Shown piece by piece: positions 1-9,890 of a stretch of DNA of 64,000 bases. The DNA is taken from the sequence record MG383452; one strand, written 5' to 3'. Made by a program: the position numbers and the translations under genes. Each line of letters starts with the position of its first letter. Positions within the stretch are counted from its first letter, which is position 1. Source of the stretch: Escherichia phage FEC14. The notes beneath the pieces were generated by a model, which was not told the DNA's origin, did no database searches, and saw only the letters and a program-made list of their open reading frames with translations.

Positions 1-20
1 GTGGGTTATTGAAGAAGTAA

Positions 21-36
21 AGGGGCTTTTGCCCCT
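21..36 (-). terminator. GC-rich hairpin (AGGGGC-TTTT-GCCCCT) with flanking T-run, just 3' of the 50..688 gene
   Basis: Inverted repeat read in sequence; lies immediately downstream of the minus-strand stop at 50; shares the TTATTGAAGAAGTAAA flank with the hairpin near 35245. Confidence 0.4.
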
Positions 37-49
37 TTTATTGAATATT

Positions 50-688
50 TTAAGGTGTTGGATTGACAACGGGAATATGGAACCTGATTCCAGAGACAAT
101 GTCCTTCAGCTGAGGCTTCCAGCCGTCCACCAGGCGGGACAACGCGTTAGAACCAGGATAGACAATAATGATGTCGCTTCCGGTTACATTATGTTGAGGG
201 AATTGTGACATGTATTGCTCCATCGTCACCCCTGGGTCTATCAACACAGGACCGACATCCGAAGATGCATATGTTGCCCCCAAACCGTCGACGCCCCATG
301 CTAGTATTCCATAATCAGGAATATTGGCTTCAGAAGTTATGGTGAATCCGAAGATACGATTCAGCGCAGAAAAATCATACACGCCGTGAGCACTGTCATA
401 TGTCAGATAACCCTTTGACAGCATATCAGCGAATATCGCGTCTGTGTCACCAGTTGCCGGAGTCGGTATGGTAAACAATAACTCACCAGCAGGAGGGGAT
501 GGATACGTGCCGAGCGCATAAAGGCACCAAGCGTCAATGCATTTCTTGATGAATGCTTCAGGCGCGACATAATCCGCAAGGCGCATTGTACCGGAATATT
601 CTGAAGTAATGATCCCTTCCTTCGCGCCCTGAATGGCCAGAAATACCATTATGTGTTCATATCCGGTCTGAGATGGAGTGATATTCAT
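50..688 (-). CDS. hypothetical protein (212 aa), translationally coupled to the upstream transglycosylase gene
   Basis: Long minus-strand ORF co-oriented with neighbours; start overlaps stop of the 688..1305 ORF; no motif recognised. Confidence 0.5.
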   Translation of the reverse strand: MNITPSQTGYEHIMVFLAIQGAKEGIITSEYSGTMRLADYVAPEAFIKKCIDAWCLYALGTYPSPPAGELLFTIPTPATGDTDAIFADMLSKGYLTYDSAHGVYDFSALNRIFGFTITSEANIPDYGILAWGVDGLGATYASSDVGPVLIDPGVTMEQYMSQFPQHNVTGSDIIIVYPGSNALSRLVDGWKPQLKDIVSGIRFHIPVVNPTP

Positions 689-1305
689 TATCTGGTCCTC
701 TTGAGTTTCTCAATCGTGCGCTTATTCATGGCGATCACTCCTGGGTCGACCTTTGGGTTTATTGCCATGCCTTTGAAAGACACACATCGTTGAAGATATT
801 TAGCCTTCTTCACGACGTCGGCTGCATAAGAATTGGATTTCTGGTTACGATTGAACCCAGCATTGTAAGAGGAAAGGGATTTGCGGATGTTTTGGTTATG
901 ATATTCTAGCCAGAAATTCATTTCATCAAGGGCAGCATTGGCAGCATATTCTTGATTGACCAGTAATTTGATCGCCACGTTGGCGTAACACTTCTGTGTT
1001 TTGCATCCCTCCCGTTTCCCGACGGTTTGGACGCGATTTTGAAATGCCCCCATATTAGCCGATTTGAGGTTATTCCGCATGGATACAACATCTTCTCCAG
1101 CGCGGCTTTCCCTCCATGATATTGCGGCGAGAGTGAAACCAAGGTCTTGTTGTTTTCCCACGTGATAGGCTGTGGCCATGGTTGAAAGTTGTTGATCAGA
1201 AAACTCATAATCACATTGGGTGGTACTTTGGGAAGCGTGCACACTCCCGCTGGCAATGGTAAAGGTCACGGACAAGGCCATGGCCTTCAACGTTGTCATC
1301 GTCAT
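688..1305 (-). CDS. secreted lytic transglycosylase (SLT-domain, lysozyme-like)
   Basis: N-terminal signal peptide (MTMTTLKAMALSVTFTIASGSVHA); SLT catalytic motifs ES (ISWRESRAG), GAFQ and SYNAG read in the translation; AAGGAA RBS upstream. Confidence 0.6.
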   Translation of the reverse strand: MTMTTLKAMALSVTFTIASGSVHASQSTTQCDYEFSDQQLSTMATAYHVGKQQDLGFTLAAISWRESRAGEDVVSMRNNLKSANMGAFQNRVQTVGKREGCKTQKCYANVAIKLLVNQEYAANAALDEMNFWLEYHNQNIRKSLSSYNAGFNRNQKSNSYAADVVKKAKYLQRCVSFKGMAINPKVDPGVIAMNKRTIEKLKRTR

Positions 1306-1371
1306 GATGGCGTTCCTTATGTGTTTGTCGACTTGCAGCTCGCTGGAGCCTCCTGACAGGGTTAAAAGATA

Positions 1372-1397
1372 AAGGGCACTTGATATTTAGTGCCCTT
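1372..1397 (-). terminator. hairpin AAGGGCACT-loop-AGTGCCCTT followed by T-rich tract; loop contains a CTAAATA motif
   Basis: Inverted repeat 3' of the 1402..1686 ORF and about 80 nt 5' of the transglycosylase gene. Confidence 0.4.
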
Positions 1398-1401
1398 CAC
1401 C

Positions 1402-1686
1402 TTATTCGTAGATCAGATGGTATGATTCCTCGATGCATTCCAACCAACCGTAGACAAATTCCATAGGATCATCCCAAGCTGTATTGGAAGCAATAGTGAA
1501 ATCCCCGTCCAAGATTTGCATGTCAGTATATTTGTTGAAACCTAACACGGCATCAACGACTATTAAGCCACCTTGCTCTAGATAACGCTTTGGGGTCAAC
1601 GTCACCTGATAATGTTTGTTTCGCTGATTCCATAACTCGACAGCGATATCACAAGCAATCTGAATTTCATCTTTCTCTTCTGACAT
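1402..1686 (-). CDS. hypothetical protein (94 aa)
   Basis: Minus-strand ORF in co-oriented gene array; no motif recognised. Confidence 0.4.
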   Translation of the reverse strand: MSEEKDEIQIACDIAVELWNQRNKHYQVTLTPKRYLEQGGLIVVDAVLGFNKYTDMQILDGDFTIASNTAWDDPMEFVYGWLECIEESYHLIYE

Positions 1687-1996
1687 ATGTTTGTCTCAAA
1701 TATTCAGTAAAAGATTTACCCAACTTACGGAATAGTTTAATACGACCGATCACTTTGACATAAACATCTCCATGACATGGGCGCGGCTTACACCAGCATC
1801 CCAAGGTCTTTCCATCTAATTCAAGGAGTTCATCTTCGGTGATATCCCCTTCAATCAGGCGCACATACAAGTCGTCTTCAAACAACTCAATACAGTTTCC
1901 CCGCCCGTGGTCTTTGACCTCGAACGGGTTTCCCCATTTGCCAGGACGGCCAATGTAGACGTCGTGTGGTTCCTTCTTGAAGTGGACGACTTTCAT
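1667..1996 (-). CDS. conserved small phage protein with GNPF and C-x-C...C-H Cys/His motif (DUF4326-like, recalled from memory)
   Basis: Motifs GRPGKWGNPF and CWCKPRPCHGD read in translation. Confidence 0.4.
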   Translation of the reverse strand: MKVVHFKKEPHDVYIGRPGKWGNPFEVKDHGRGNCIELFEDDLYVRLIEGDITEDELLELDGKTLGCWCKPRPCHGDVYVKVIGRIKLFRKLGKSFTEYLRQTYVRRER

Positions 1997-2147
1997 ATGA
2001 TTGTATCAGCTAACCAGTATGCTGCCCAAACGCTTACACCACCGTACATAAAACCATAGATAATTTCTCCAGAGTTTATGTGGCGTAAACACATATTCAC
2101 AGAACAAATTGTGATTAAAATCAAAAATACCAAACAAATAGTAGCCA

Positions 2148-2462
2148 TCATGACATATCCTCATAATTAGATAGATTGATCAAGAAGGGCAGGTTCCGGT
2201 CATATATGAGGTCAATGGCCTTGCGGCTACCCACAGCCTCACATGTCCAATAACTGTAATTCCCTGCGATCTTCAATGCTAGTCGGACGACATGACGCCT
2301 CATATTGTACTGAGCCAACTGATATCGGGCGCGTGTCTTCTTGCGCCAGCATTGATTCTCCGCTTTGTACTTGTAGAGGATCATCAGGCGAACGGCTTTG
2401 TACAGGCGCTTTTCAGCGCCCTTGGATTTCTTTGATACACGAATCAGGCTACCCATGATCAA
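2148..2462 (-). CDS. hypothetical basic protein (104 aa)
   Basis: Minus-strand ORF abutting gp46 stop; Lys/Arg-rich; no motif recognised. Confidence 0.35.
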   Translation of the reverse strand: MIMGSLIRVSKKSKGAEKRLYKAVRLMILYKYKAENQCWRKKTRARYQLAQYNMRRHVVRLALKIAGNYSYWTCEAVGSRKAIDLIYDRNLPFLINLSNYEDMS

Positions 2463-4792
2463 TCCTTCTTAATCACTTCGGTCATGCCATTACGCAGACC
2501 ATAACGAATGTTATGTTGGAAATATTCTTGGAACTCCTGTTCACGCTGACTGATGACAAACAGATTGTTCCCACCAAATTTATGTTTCAGCATCTCAACC
2601 GATTCTTGTACGCCACGCTCGCTCATGTTCTCAAGGATTTCATCTAACACAAACAGGTTACATTGCACCGACGCCTTGAGGTTGGCCACGTCCCGTAGGG
2701 CTAATGTCACAGCCAGATTGAGTCGGCTGCGTTGTCCTGTAGACAGGGAGAATATGCTTTGCCCTTTACGACCTGCAGCGCTCATGGTGATTTCAAATGT
2801 ATCATCAACAGCAATATCCAAGAACATATTGAGTGCTTCAAGATACTCGTTTATTTTACTATTGAGGAAAGGCAAATACAGGCTGATAATTCGAGCCTTG
2901 GTCTGATCATCTTTTAGGAAGAACAGAAGATGGTTCAGGTCTTGCAATTTCTCATCCAACTCTACGCGCCGCGCATTCAGATCTTCCATTAATGCCGTGA
3001 TGCGAGCGATCTCTCCTTCCAGGGCTTCAGTTGGTGTCGGCTTAACCGCCAATTTACGCTCTAAATCGGCAATGGATGCCTCTAGAGGGGCACGGCGTGA
3101 TTTCAGGCTGGTGAGTTTATCAGCCGTGTCGTTGATACTCTTAGAGAGCTGCTCACGCGCTTGACGGATTGACGTCGTGATATCTTCGTAACGGGTGTCT
3201 ACGGCCTTGAGGACGTCGTTAATTTTGGACTGTTGTTCCCGCTGTAAAGATGTTTTCTCAACAGCAGCGACATCATAGAATCCTTGGATGTCGCGTTTTA
3301 ATGTAGCGATCGCCGATTCCGCTTCTCGGATTTCATTGCGCAAAGCATCCAGTTCTTTGTCAATAACCGAAATCTGAGAAGATAATTCTGAATCTCTGAC
3401 ATTGTAATTCTCAATCAGGGAATTCACTTCTTCTAGGGCTGTATCAACCTGAAGAATCTTGTCAGTCAGTTCACTGATTTGTGGATAATATTGACTTTCA
3501 ATGCGTGATTTGGTATCGTCCGACACTAATTGCGTACACGTAGGGCAAGTGCCCATATCGTGGAAACGTTTGATGGCAGATTCATGTCCTTCCATTTCTG
3601 TTACGAATTTGATACGGAAGTTCTCACCCTGCTGACGCCGCGCTAATGCTTTGTTCAGTTCATCCAGGTTAGCATTCCGTTGGCTGACCAGATCATTTTT
3701 ACGTTCCGCGACTACCGCCATTCTCTCCCGAATTTCTTGTAATGAACGTTCGCCATCAGACACCTCGATACGTTCATAGTCTTCAGCCTTGGTATCAGCA
3801 TCATCCTGAACTGCTTGGATTTTGGCCGCATACTCTTCATTGATGGAATCGATATCCACCTTCATTTCAGCGTTCAGGCGATTACGGACTTCTGATAATT
3901 CAGTTTCTAATTTAGAATCTTGGGCACGGAATTCCGTCAGTTCGTCTTGAGAAGCACCAATATCTGAATTCAAACTATTCAGACGTTCCTTCTCTTGGAC
4001 AAGGATATCAGCAGATTGTTGCTGGATCATCGCATTGGAATTATTGATCTGTTCCAACTGCGCTTGCTGGCCTTTTAAATTTACATCATGAAAGGCGTAA
4101 TCATTGGTGACCGTCGTGAGTTCATTCGTTACTGTCTTGATAGATGCTTTTACATCTTCATTCATCAGACTGAAGAACCCCAAATCCCAGATTGTCTCTA
4201 CCATAGCGCGACGGTCGGCAGTGTACATTTCCGTGAATGGGATGAACTTCTCTTTGCCCAGAACCAGGGAGTTCTCAAACATCTTCTGGTCCACGCCAAT
4301 CAGGTTCACAATATATTTGTTCATGTCGGCTTTGGCCGCATCATTCACGACCTTCTTCCACTCACCGTCTACCATCTGATAGACTTCTACGAAATCAGGT
4401 TTGATACCACGACGGACTTTCCATTCACTTCCTCGAGTGGAGAACTCAACTTCACCCACGCATTCCTTTTTGTTTTGGGAATTGACTAATCCGGCTTTCT
4501 TTTCTTTCTTGCTGTATGTGTCATTATACAGAACGAAGAACAGCAGCCAGACAAGCATGGTGGATTTACCAGCGCCATTGTCATCGGATGTAACCAAGGT
4601 TGCCGAATTGCGTTGGTAATCAATTTCCATGAATTCATTACCGATAGAACGGAAGTTTTTAGCGCGACCGCGATGGAAAGTCAGTTTGTGGGTAATTTCC
4701 CCACGAATTTCAAATGGTACTTCAACAGAAACAGGAGTGTCCGCTTCTTTCAACAGCGAACCAAATTTTGATAATAGGTCTACATTGTTCAT
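2459..4792 (-). CDS. 46: recombination endonuclease ATPase subunit gp46 (Rad50/SbcC-like)
   Basis: Walker A GAGKST near N-terminus, long central coiled-coil, C-terminal LFVLDEILE...NLFVISQREQEF matching T4 gp46 C-terminus (LILDEVFD...VFIISHKD); immediately downstream of the gp47 gene as in T4. Confidence 0.9.
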   Translation of the reverse strand: MNNVDLLSKFGSLLKEADTPVSVEVPFEIRGEITHKLTFHRGRAKNFRSIGNEFMEIDYQRNSATLVTSDDNGAGKSTMLVWLLFFVLYNDTYSKKEKKAGLVNSQNKKECVGEVEFSTRGSEWKVRRGIKPDFVEVYQMVDGEWKKVVNDAAKADMNKYIVNLIGVDQKMFENSLVLGKEKFIPFTEMYTADRRAMVETIWDLGFFSLMNEDVKASIKTVTNELTTVTNDYAFHDVNLKGQQAQLEQINNSNAMIQQQSADILVQEKERLNSLNSDIGASQDELTEFRAQDSKLETELSEVRNRLNAEMKVDIDSINEEYAAKIQAVQDDADTKAEDYERIEVSDGERSLQEIRERMAVVAERKNDLVSQRNANLDELNKALARRQQGENFRIKFVTEMEGHESAIKRFHDMGTCPTCTQLVSDDTKSRIESQYYPQISELTDKILQVDTALEEVNSLIENYNVRDSELSSQISVIDKELDALRNEIREAESAIATLKRDIQGFYDVAAVEKTSLQREQQSKINDVLKAVDTRYEDITTSIRQAREQLSKSINDTADKLTSLKSRRAPLEASIADLERKLAVKPTPTEALEGEIARITALMEDLNARRVELDEKLQDLNHLLFFLKDDQTKARIISLYLPFLNSKINEYLEALNMFLDIAVDDTFEITMSAAGRKGQSIFSLSTGQRSRLNLAVTLALRDVANLKASVQCNLFVLDEILENMSERGVQESVEMLKHKFGGNNLFVISQREQEFQEYFQHNIRYGLRNGMTEVIKKD

Positions 4793-4794
4793 TA

Positions 4795-5910
4795 TTATGC
4801 ATCCAATGTGTTCAAACGTTGTTGGGCAGCATTATAAAATTGTTCTGCAAGTTTGCAAACATTTTCAGGGCGCTGGATATTGTTGGCTGCGCGGATATCA
4901 TTTTTCAAGACTTCTACAGCATCAGTAGCCACCATCTCTTCAGTGACTTCTACCTTCTCGGAAGCAACAGTAATCGTCCGATCGATGAAGTTGTAATCGA
5001 TGCATTTACAGCGCTTCAATGCGTCACAGAACTTTTCATAATGCTTGGCATTGTCACGGTTCTGTACAATCACCTTAACGATTTGCCCTTCAATACCCAA
5101 AACATTGTTTAACCAATCGGGGTCGATCCAATTACCTTCAGTATCAGAAGACATTTGTGTGTAGTCGTATTCCACGAACCGGAACAACGTTTGTTGTTCG
5201 TTGTTGGGGATAAACAATTCCCCGCCATTCATGTCGTCTACATAGAATCCTCGGTTCGTCCCGTCTTTGTGGTCTTCCCAGGTAAGATGATAAGGAGTCC
5301 CAATATACTGAATGTTACCTTCCATCGAACGGGTATGGAAATGTCCGGTATCCACGCGCTCGAATTTCGAAAGGAGCGCCAAGTCGATCTGACCTTTATC
5401 ACATACAGAGGACTGGTACATTTTGAACCCTGCCAACTCCAGATGCGCAAAACAGTACTTGGCGTCTGTATCTTGTATCGCTTTAATGGACGCATCATAG
5501 TTCTCTTTGTTAATCCACGGCAGTAGGAGGGTCTTGACACCTTCAATCATTACTTCAGTTGGTTCGCTGTAATAATGATAAACATCCGGTGCCAATTCAT
5601 TAAGATAAGAAGGCCAGTTAATGCGATTGGACTCTTCTAACGTGATATCATGGTTTCCAACGATGCCATTCCATTTGATACCCGCCTTTCTCAGGGCTGG
5701 CGTTAATTCATCTTTCAACCAATCTTTATCGCGACCATACATGAATTTGCGAACATCAAACGTATCACCAAATTGCCACACTTCTTTAATATCGGCGTCA
5801 ACCAATTCTGGAATAAAATAATTGATGAGATAATTCTTTATGAATTCTCGAACGTAACGGGAACCATTACGGCTCCCGATATGTAAATCGCCAATTTTAG
5901 CAATCGCCAT
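4795..5910 (-). CDS. 47: recombination nuclease subunit gp47 (Mre11/SbcD-like phosphoesterase)
   Basis: Phosphoesterase motifs GDLHIG, GDTFDVRK, VGNHD, GHFH align with T4 gp47 (GDWHLG, GDIFDVRK, VGNHD, GHFH). Confidence 0.9.
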   Translation of the reverse strand: MAIAKIGDLHIGSRNGSRYVREFIKNYLINYFIPELVDADIKEVWQFGDTFDVRKFMYGRDKDWLKDELTPALRKAGIKWNGIVGNHDITLEESNRINWPSYLNELAPDVYHYYSEPTEVMIEGVKTLLLPWINKENYDASIKAIQDTDAKYCFAHLELAGFKMYQSSVCDKGQIDLALLSKFERVDTGHFHTRSMEGNIQYIGTPYHLTWEDHKDGTNRGFYVDDMNGGELFIPNNEQQTLFRFVEYDYTQMSSDTEGNWIDPDWLNNVLGIEGQIVKVIVQNRDNAKHYEKFCDALKRCKCIDYNFIDRTITVASEKVEVTEEMVATDAVEVLKNDIRAANNIQRPENVCKLAEQFYNAAQQRLNTLDA

Positions 5911-6703
5911 TATTTTGTTGCTCCCGTTCTAATGCTCGTTTCTTTGCTTCTTCCCAATCTGGTTCCATAGAACATATTTCGTCTTCCAGATTGAATTGAG
6001 TAGAGCCGAAGTCATAGTCTGAATTATCTTCGGCGTCGGCGGTAATGGTATTTTCACTCTTTGTGAGACATTGAAGTATACCGCGAGGAATTTTCTTATT
6101 CTTTTCCTCTTCTTTGATGGCGATTTGCTTTTGGCGTTCCTTTTCGCGCTGTGCTTCTTTCTTAGTTTCAAAATTTCCGATACGCTCACGGAAGTCCATT
6201 GTTATACCAGTGCTGTCTACGAATGTCTGTTGCTGGAAGTCTGGGTCATCTGATAATGCAGCGAAACCACCTGCTTCTTCAAATGAACGCAACTTGATAT
6301 AATTGTGTTCTTCTTCACTGGTGAGTTTCTTGGCGAATGAACGATCGGCGCACATCGTTACCCAAGAGAAGAAATTGATTTTTCCTTTCTTGCCGATATG
6401 ACTGACGTCAAATGTATGGAGGTAACGAAGAATGTTAACAACGGCCTCACTGACCATGTCTTCGCGGTATGGATAATCACGATAGTTGTAGCGCATACTC
6501 ATGTTCTTAATAATCATCTGAACATTCATGGCCACATAATTGGGGATTCTTGGTAGGGGTGTTCCTTCGGCCAAAGCCTTTTTGCGAGCCGGAATCCAAT
6601 CTCTCAATATTCCAACAACACGGTCATTATCTTCGTCTGTGAAATATTTGGTGACGTTATCACCCCTGTCTACAAAATTCATACCCATCGTGATAATCCT
6701 CAA
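5897..6703 (-). CDS. 55: late-transcription sigma factor gp55-like, with extended charged C-terminal tail
   Basis: Central region (YNYRDY...LHTFD...FAKKLTSEEE) parallels T4 gp55 (FNFSGY...LHNFD...QRIKKERKE); sits directly upstream of gp47 as in T4 (55, alpha-gt, 47, 46). Confidence 0.55.
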   Translation of the reverse strand: MRIITMGMNFVDRGDNVTKYFTDEDNDRVVGILRDWIPARKKALAEGTPLPRIPNYVAMNVQMIIKNMSMRYNYRDYPYREDMVSEAVVNILRYLHTFDVSHIGKKGKINFFSWVTMCADRSFAKKLTSEEEHNYIKLRSFEEAGGFAALSDDPDFQQQTFVDSTGITMDFRERIGNFETKKEAQREKERQKQIAIKEEEKNKKIPRGILQCLTKSENTITADAEDNSDYDFGSTQFNLEDEICSMEPDWEEAKKRALEREQQNNGDC

Positions 6704-7242
6704 ATACCAATGAATTCATTGAAAGAACCAACGACTTTCTTGACCGAGAAACGGTTATTTTCAAGAACCATTGAACTATCTTCTTTGGCTCTAACGCTCC
6801 ACTGATCCGCAATTTCGTTGCCCATCGTTCCTGCATGACCTTTCACCCATTTTAATTCAAGTTCACAAATTGAACAAACTTTGTCATAATAATCGAACAA
6901 CTCGAGCAGAAGTTCTGTGTTCTTAGGCGGCATTCCTTCATATTCCCATTTACGACGCCACTCCAAAACGCTATTGATAACATATTGGCTGTCGGATATG
7001 ATGCGGGCTGGGGGAATGCAGCGTTCACCGCAATTAGAGAATTTCCATAGGATCTTCATTGCGTTTATAACCCCGAGTAACTCAGCTATATTGTTCGTTG
7101 ACGGCGGGGGTAAATACCCATAAAACACTTTCCATTGCTCTCCAGTGATTGGACTGATGGCAAATGCCCAACCAGCGGCTCGTGTCTTCTGAGGGGATGA
7201 TGCCCCGTCAGTGTATATTTCAATCATGTATAAGTATCCCAA
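6700..7242 (-). CDS. ribonuclease HI (bacterial RnhA-type)
   Basis: RNase H motifs IYTDGAS, NNIAEL, SDSQYVIN, VKGHAG..GNE.AD align with E. coli RnhA (IFTDGSC, NNRMEL, TDSQYV, VKGHAGHPENERCD). Confidence 0.8.
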   Translation of the reverse strand: MGYLYMIEIYTDGASSPQKTRAAGWAFAISPITGEQWKVFYGYLPPPSTNNIAELLGVINAMKILWKFSNCGERCIPPARIISDSQYVINSVLEWRRKWEYEGMPPKNTELLLELFDYYDKVCSICELELKWVKGHAGTMGNEIADQWSVRAKEDSSMVLENNRFSVKKVVGSFNEFIGI

Positions 7243-7269
7243 ACTGGTTTTATCGATGAGGAACGAATC

Positions 7270-8037
7270 ATGTCAGAACGCGCATATCGTTTCAGTCTGA
7301 CCGCCCCAGAAATTGAGCGTTTGCTCTTGTCTATAAATGATTCCATACAAAAGCTGGACATCATTTATGACTACACGGCGGGTGGGACTGAAGGTCAAGT
7401 CGCAGCTGCGTCAGCTGTCAAAAACATGTGGCTAAAACTTAATGAGATGGTCACAGGTGAAGGTCTTAAAGACGCAATCAATGCAGCTAACGACAGCAAC
7501 GTATTCACCGATTATTATAAGTCTATTTTAGATCGCGAAACTTGGAAATTTATTGGTTCTCCGGCAGATTTATTAGCAAGGGACGATATAGACACTTCCA
7601 ATTTTGAAGGCGGTGAAGTAATCCTCCTACAAAAGAACGCTTCGGGCAACCCAGAATTCCAATACTGGAAAAGAACTCCTGTGGCAGGAGGTGATCCAAT
7701 ATTTGGTTGGGAATCTGTTTATGAAGGAAACTCCAACGACTCTTCTATTGATATTCCGGTTGTTGGGACCAGCATACTGAAGACAATCCCAAAAGCATTG
7801 TTTCATATGGTCGAATTCAGAGTACACGCTCGAGAGTCTACCCTCGGTCATTGGCAGGACACTGATGGCAAAATCGGTTATCGTGGTGAAGATCTGATTT
7901 ATAGCCTGTATAATCATGTTCAAACCAAACCGATCGCAAATATATCTTTCAGCCAAGATGTGGACAATATGATTATCACGATAACGACACTTGAACCAAA
8001 TATCAAGTGCCATTTATCGTTTATTGCGGGTTATTAA
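7270..8037 (+). CDS. hypothetical protein (255 aa), one of the few plus-strand genes
   Basis: Long plus-strand ORF in the gap between two minus-strand genes, GAGGAA RBS before ATG; stop overlaps the DinG stop convergently. Confidence 0.5.
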   Translation: MSERAYRFSLTAPEIERLLLSINDSIQKLDIIYDYTAGGTEGQVAAASAVKNMWLKLNEMVTGEGLKDAINAANDSNVFTDYYKSILDRETWKFIGSPADLLARDDIDTSNFEGGEVILLQKNASGNPEFQYWKRTPVAGGDPIFGWESVYEGNSNDSSIDIPVVGTSILKTIPKALFHMVEFRVHARESTLGHWQDTDGKIGYRGEDLIYSLYNHVQTKPIANISFSQDVDNMIITITTLEPNIKCHLSFIAGY

Positions 8038-9755
8038 ACCTCAAACACTGCATCGGTGAACCAGGTTGGGAAGAATTCTGGGTTGCGCATCATAAGAGAT
8101 TCAAAGGATGAATCAATGATGTATGTCGCAGCCCAGTCATCAACACCCCTGACCGAACGCCCACACATTTGAACAATGCGCAGTACTGCATTGCGGAAAT
8201 ATGCCGACGGATCCACTGAATTGATATGTGCTATCAGTGGATCGCCCAGATAATCATAAGGGACTTTGATCAGTATTTGGAAACGGCTGTAATCCCCTTT
8301 GAAATCATAACCTTCTTCCATAGCCGGACTGGCAATGACGCATGGGGACTTTGTTCTAAAAGCATTTTCCATAATATCCATCAACGCCTTTCGGGTGCGC
8401 GGAACATGGATAAAATTCTGATATTTACTGAATTTTTGTATTGCCAAGGCGCGATCATAACTCACTGTATGGATAATGCCGGACTGACCTGGGTGGAACG
8501 CGATTATTTCATCAATATATTCCGTCAACCTTTTCATTTCATAGTCGCCCATATTGTTAGTCATCTTCACTATGGGCATATAGTTGACTTTTCTGTTTTC
8601 AATTGGGATAGGGTTGCCGATCTGAATGGAATGATAATCCCCCTGTCGAATACCCAATGAACGAGCATAAGAATCTATGCCGCAGATCGTTGCTGACATA
8701 TGAACGTGATAATCGGCTTTTCGGAATAACCCGAATTCGCTTACATCAGAAGGCATAACAGGTTTAAACCGGATAAAATCTTCCCCCTTTTCTTGCACAA
8801 TAAATGTACTTGCTTGGGTTTGTGACATAATACCGCAATAATCACTCAAGTTATGCAAGACATCTATAATGTCTGCGAGTTTCATCACTTGGCTTTCACT
8901 CAAGCGATCATCTTCGACCAATTCTTCAAGAACTTCCAACAAATTTTCTACTTTGAGATGGAGGTCTTCAAACATTGAATGTAGTTCACCAGACAAAGAA
9001 TATAACTTGCCCAGGACATAGTCCTTGGTGCGTTCTACGATATCACCAATGGTAGAGACGATCTCCTTGCCCTCAGGGATAGAACGCAGCCCCTCCACGG
9101 CCTTTGTATTGTATTCCATGATCGTGTGCTCTAGGAGCGTAGAGGGCATTTTATGGCACTCGTCAAGGATCAGCATATCGGAACGGTTTTCGGGCTTCAT
9201 GCAGATGGTTGTACACATTTCGATCATCATGGCAGCATTAGTACAACGCAATGATGAAATATCCGTCCACAAATTACGCGCCTGTACATAAGGACAGCGG
9301 CGTTTGCTACAATGCCCGTCACGGCATGCTATACGGCATTGGACAGCATTGTAATACACATCTGGATGTACGTGGCAACGATAGTTCTTCTTGCCTTTTA
9401 GGATGTCTATCGCCACCGCCTTTTCAGCAGCATACTGATCTTGCAGACCTTTGGTCGGGGTGCTGATAGAAGTGCGAAATTGCCCATAAGGATCAGCCTG
9501 TAAAACTAGATGGCGAATCACTTTATGAATGGTAGTGCCAATCAAAGATTTACCGACACCTGTCGGAGCTTCAATGATGACATGTTTAACCTTTTTGTTG
9601 ATAAGCGCATCTATGGCTTCGACGATGCATTCCATCTGGCCTGGGTTCGCTTTGTCATATGGGAATTCATCTTTGGTAAGGCGTTGTATTTCTTCCACAG
9701 GAACCTTACGGCCTATGGCGTCAATCGCCTTTCGGTGTTGATTAAATGCTGTCAC
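8034..9755 (-). CDS. DinG/XPD-family (Rad3-like) DNA helicase with Fe-S cluster cysteines
   Basis: Walker A APTGVGKS, DEAH box LILDECH, four-Cys cluster (CHVH...CRIACRDGHCSKRRCPY) typical of Fe-S helicases; AGGAGGAA RBS. Confidence 0.8.
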   Translation of the reverse strand: MTAFNQHRKAIDAIGRKVPVEEIQRLTKDEFPYDKANPGQMECIVEAIDALINKKVKHVIIEAPTGVGKSLIGTTIHKVIRHLVLQADPYGQFRTSISTPTKGLQDQYAAEKAVAIDILKGKKNYRCHVHPDVYYNAVQCRIACRDGHCSKRRCPYVQARNLWTDISSLRCTNAAMMIEMCTTICMKPENRSDMLILDECHKMPSTLLEHTIMEYNTKAVEGLRSIPEGKEIVSTIGDIVERTKDYVLGKLYSLSGELHSMFEDLHLKVENLLEVLEELVEDDRLSESQVMKLADIIDVLHNLSDYCGIMSQTQASTFIVQEKGEDFIRFKPVMPSDVSEFGLFRKADYHVHMSATICGIDSYARSLGIRQGDYHSIQIGNPIPIENRKVNYMPIVKMTNNMGDYEMKRLTEYIDEIIAFHPGQSGIIHTVSYDRALAIQKFSKYQNFIHVPRTRKALMDIMENAFRTKSPCVIASPAMEEGYDFKGDYSRFQILIKVPYDYLGDPLIAHINSVDPSAYFRNAVLRIVQMCGRSVRGVDDWAATYIIDSSFESLMMRNPEFFPTWFTDAVFEV

Positions 9756-9890
9756 GTTGTTCCTCCTTTGGATTCTGTTATAGTTTACCCGAATCCCAAC
9801 AACGAAAAAGCCGAGGCATTAACCTCGGCTTCTCCTTTTAGCCTTGCGCCGCTGCACTGCAGACATGCGCTGGGCCGACGCCTGGTGTGA

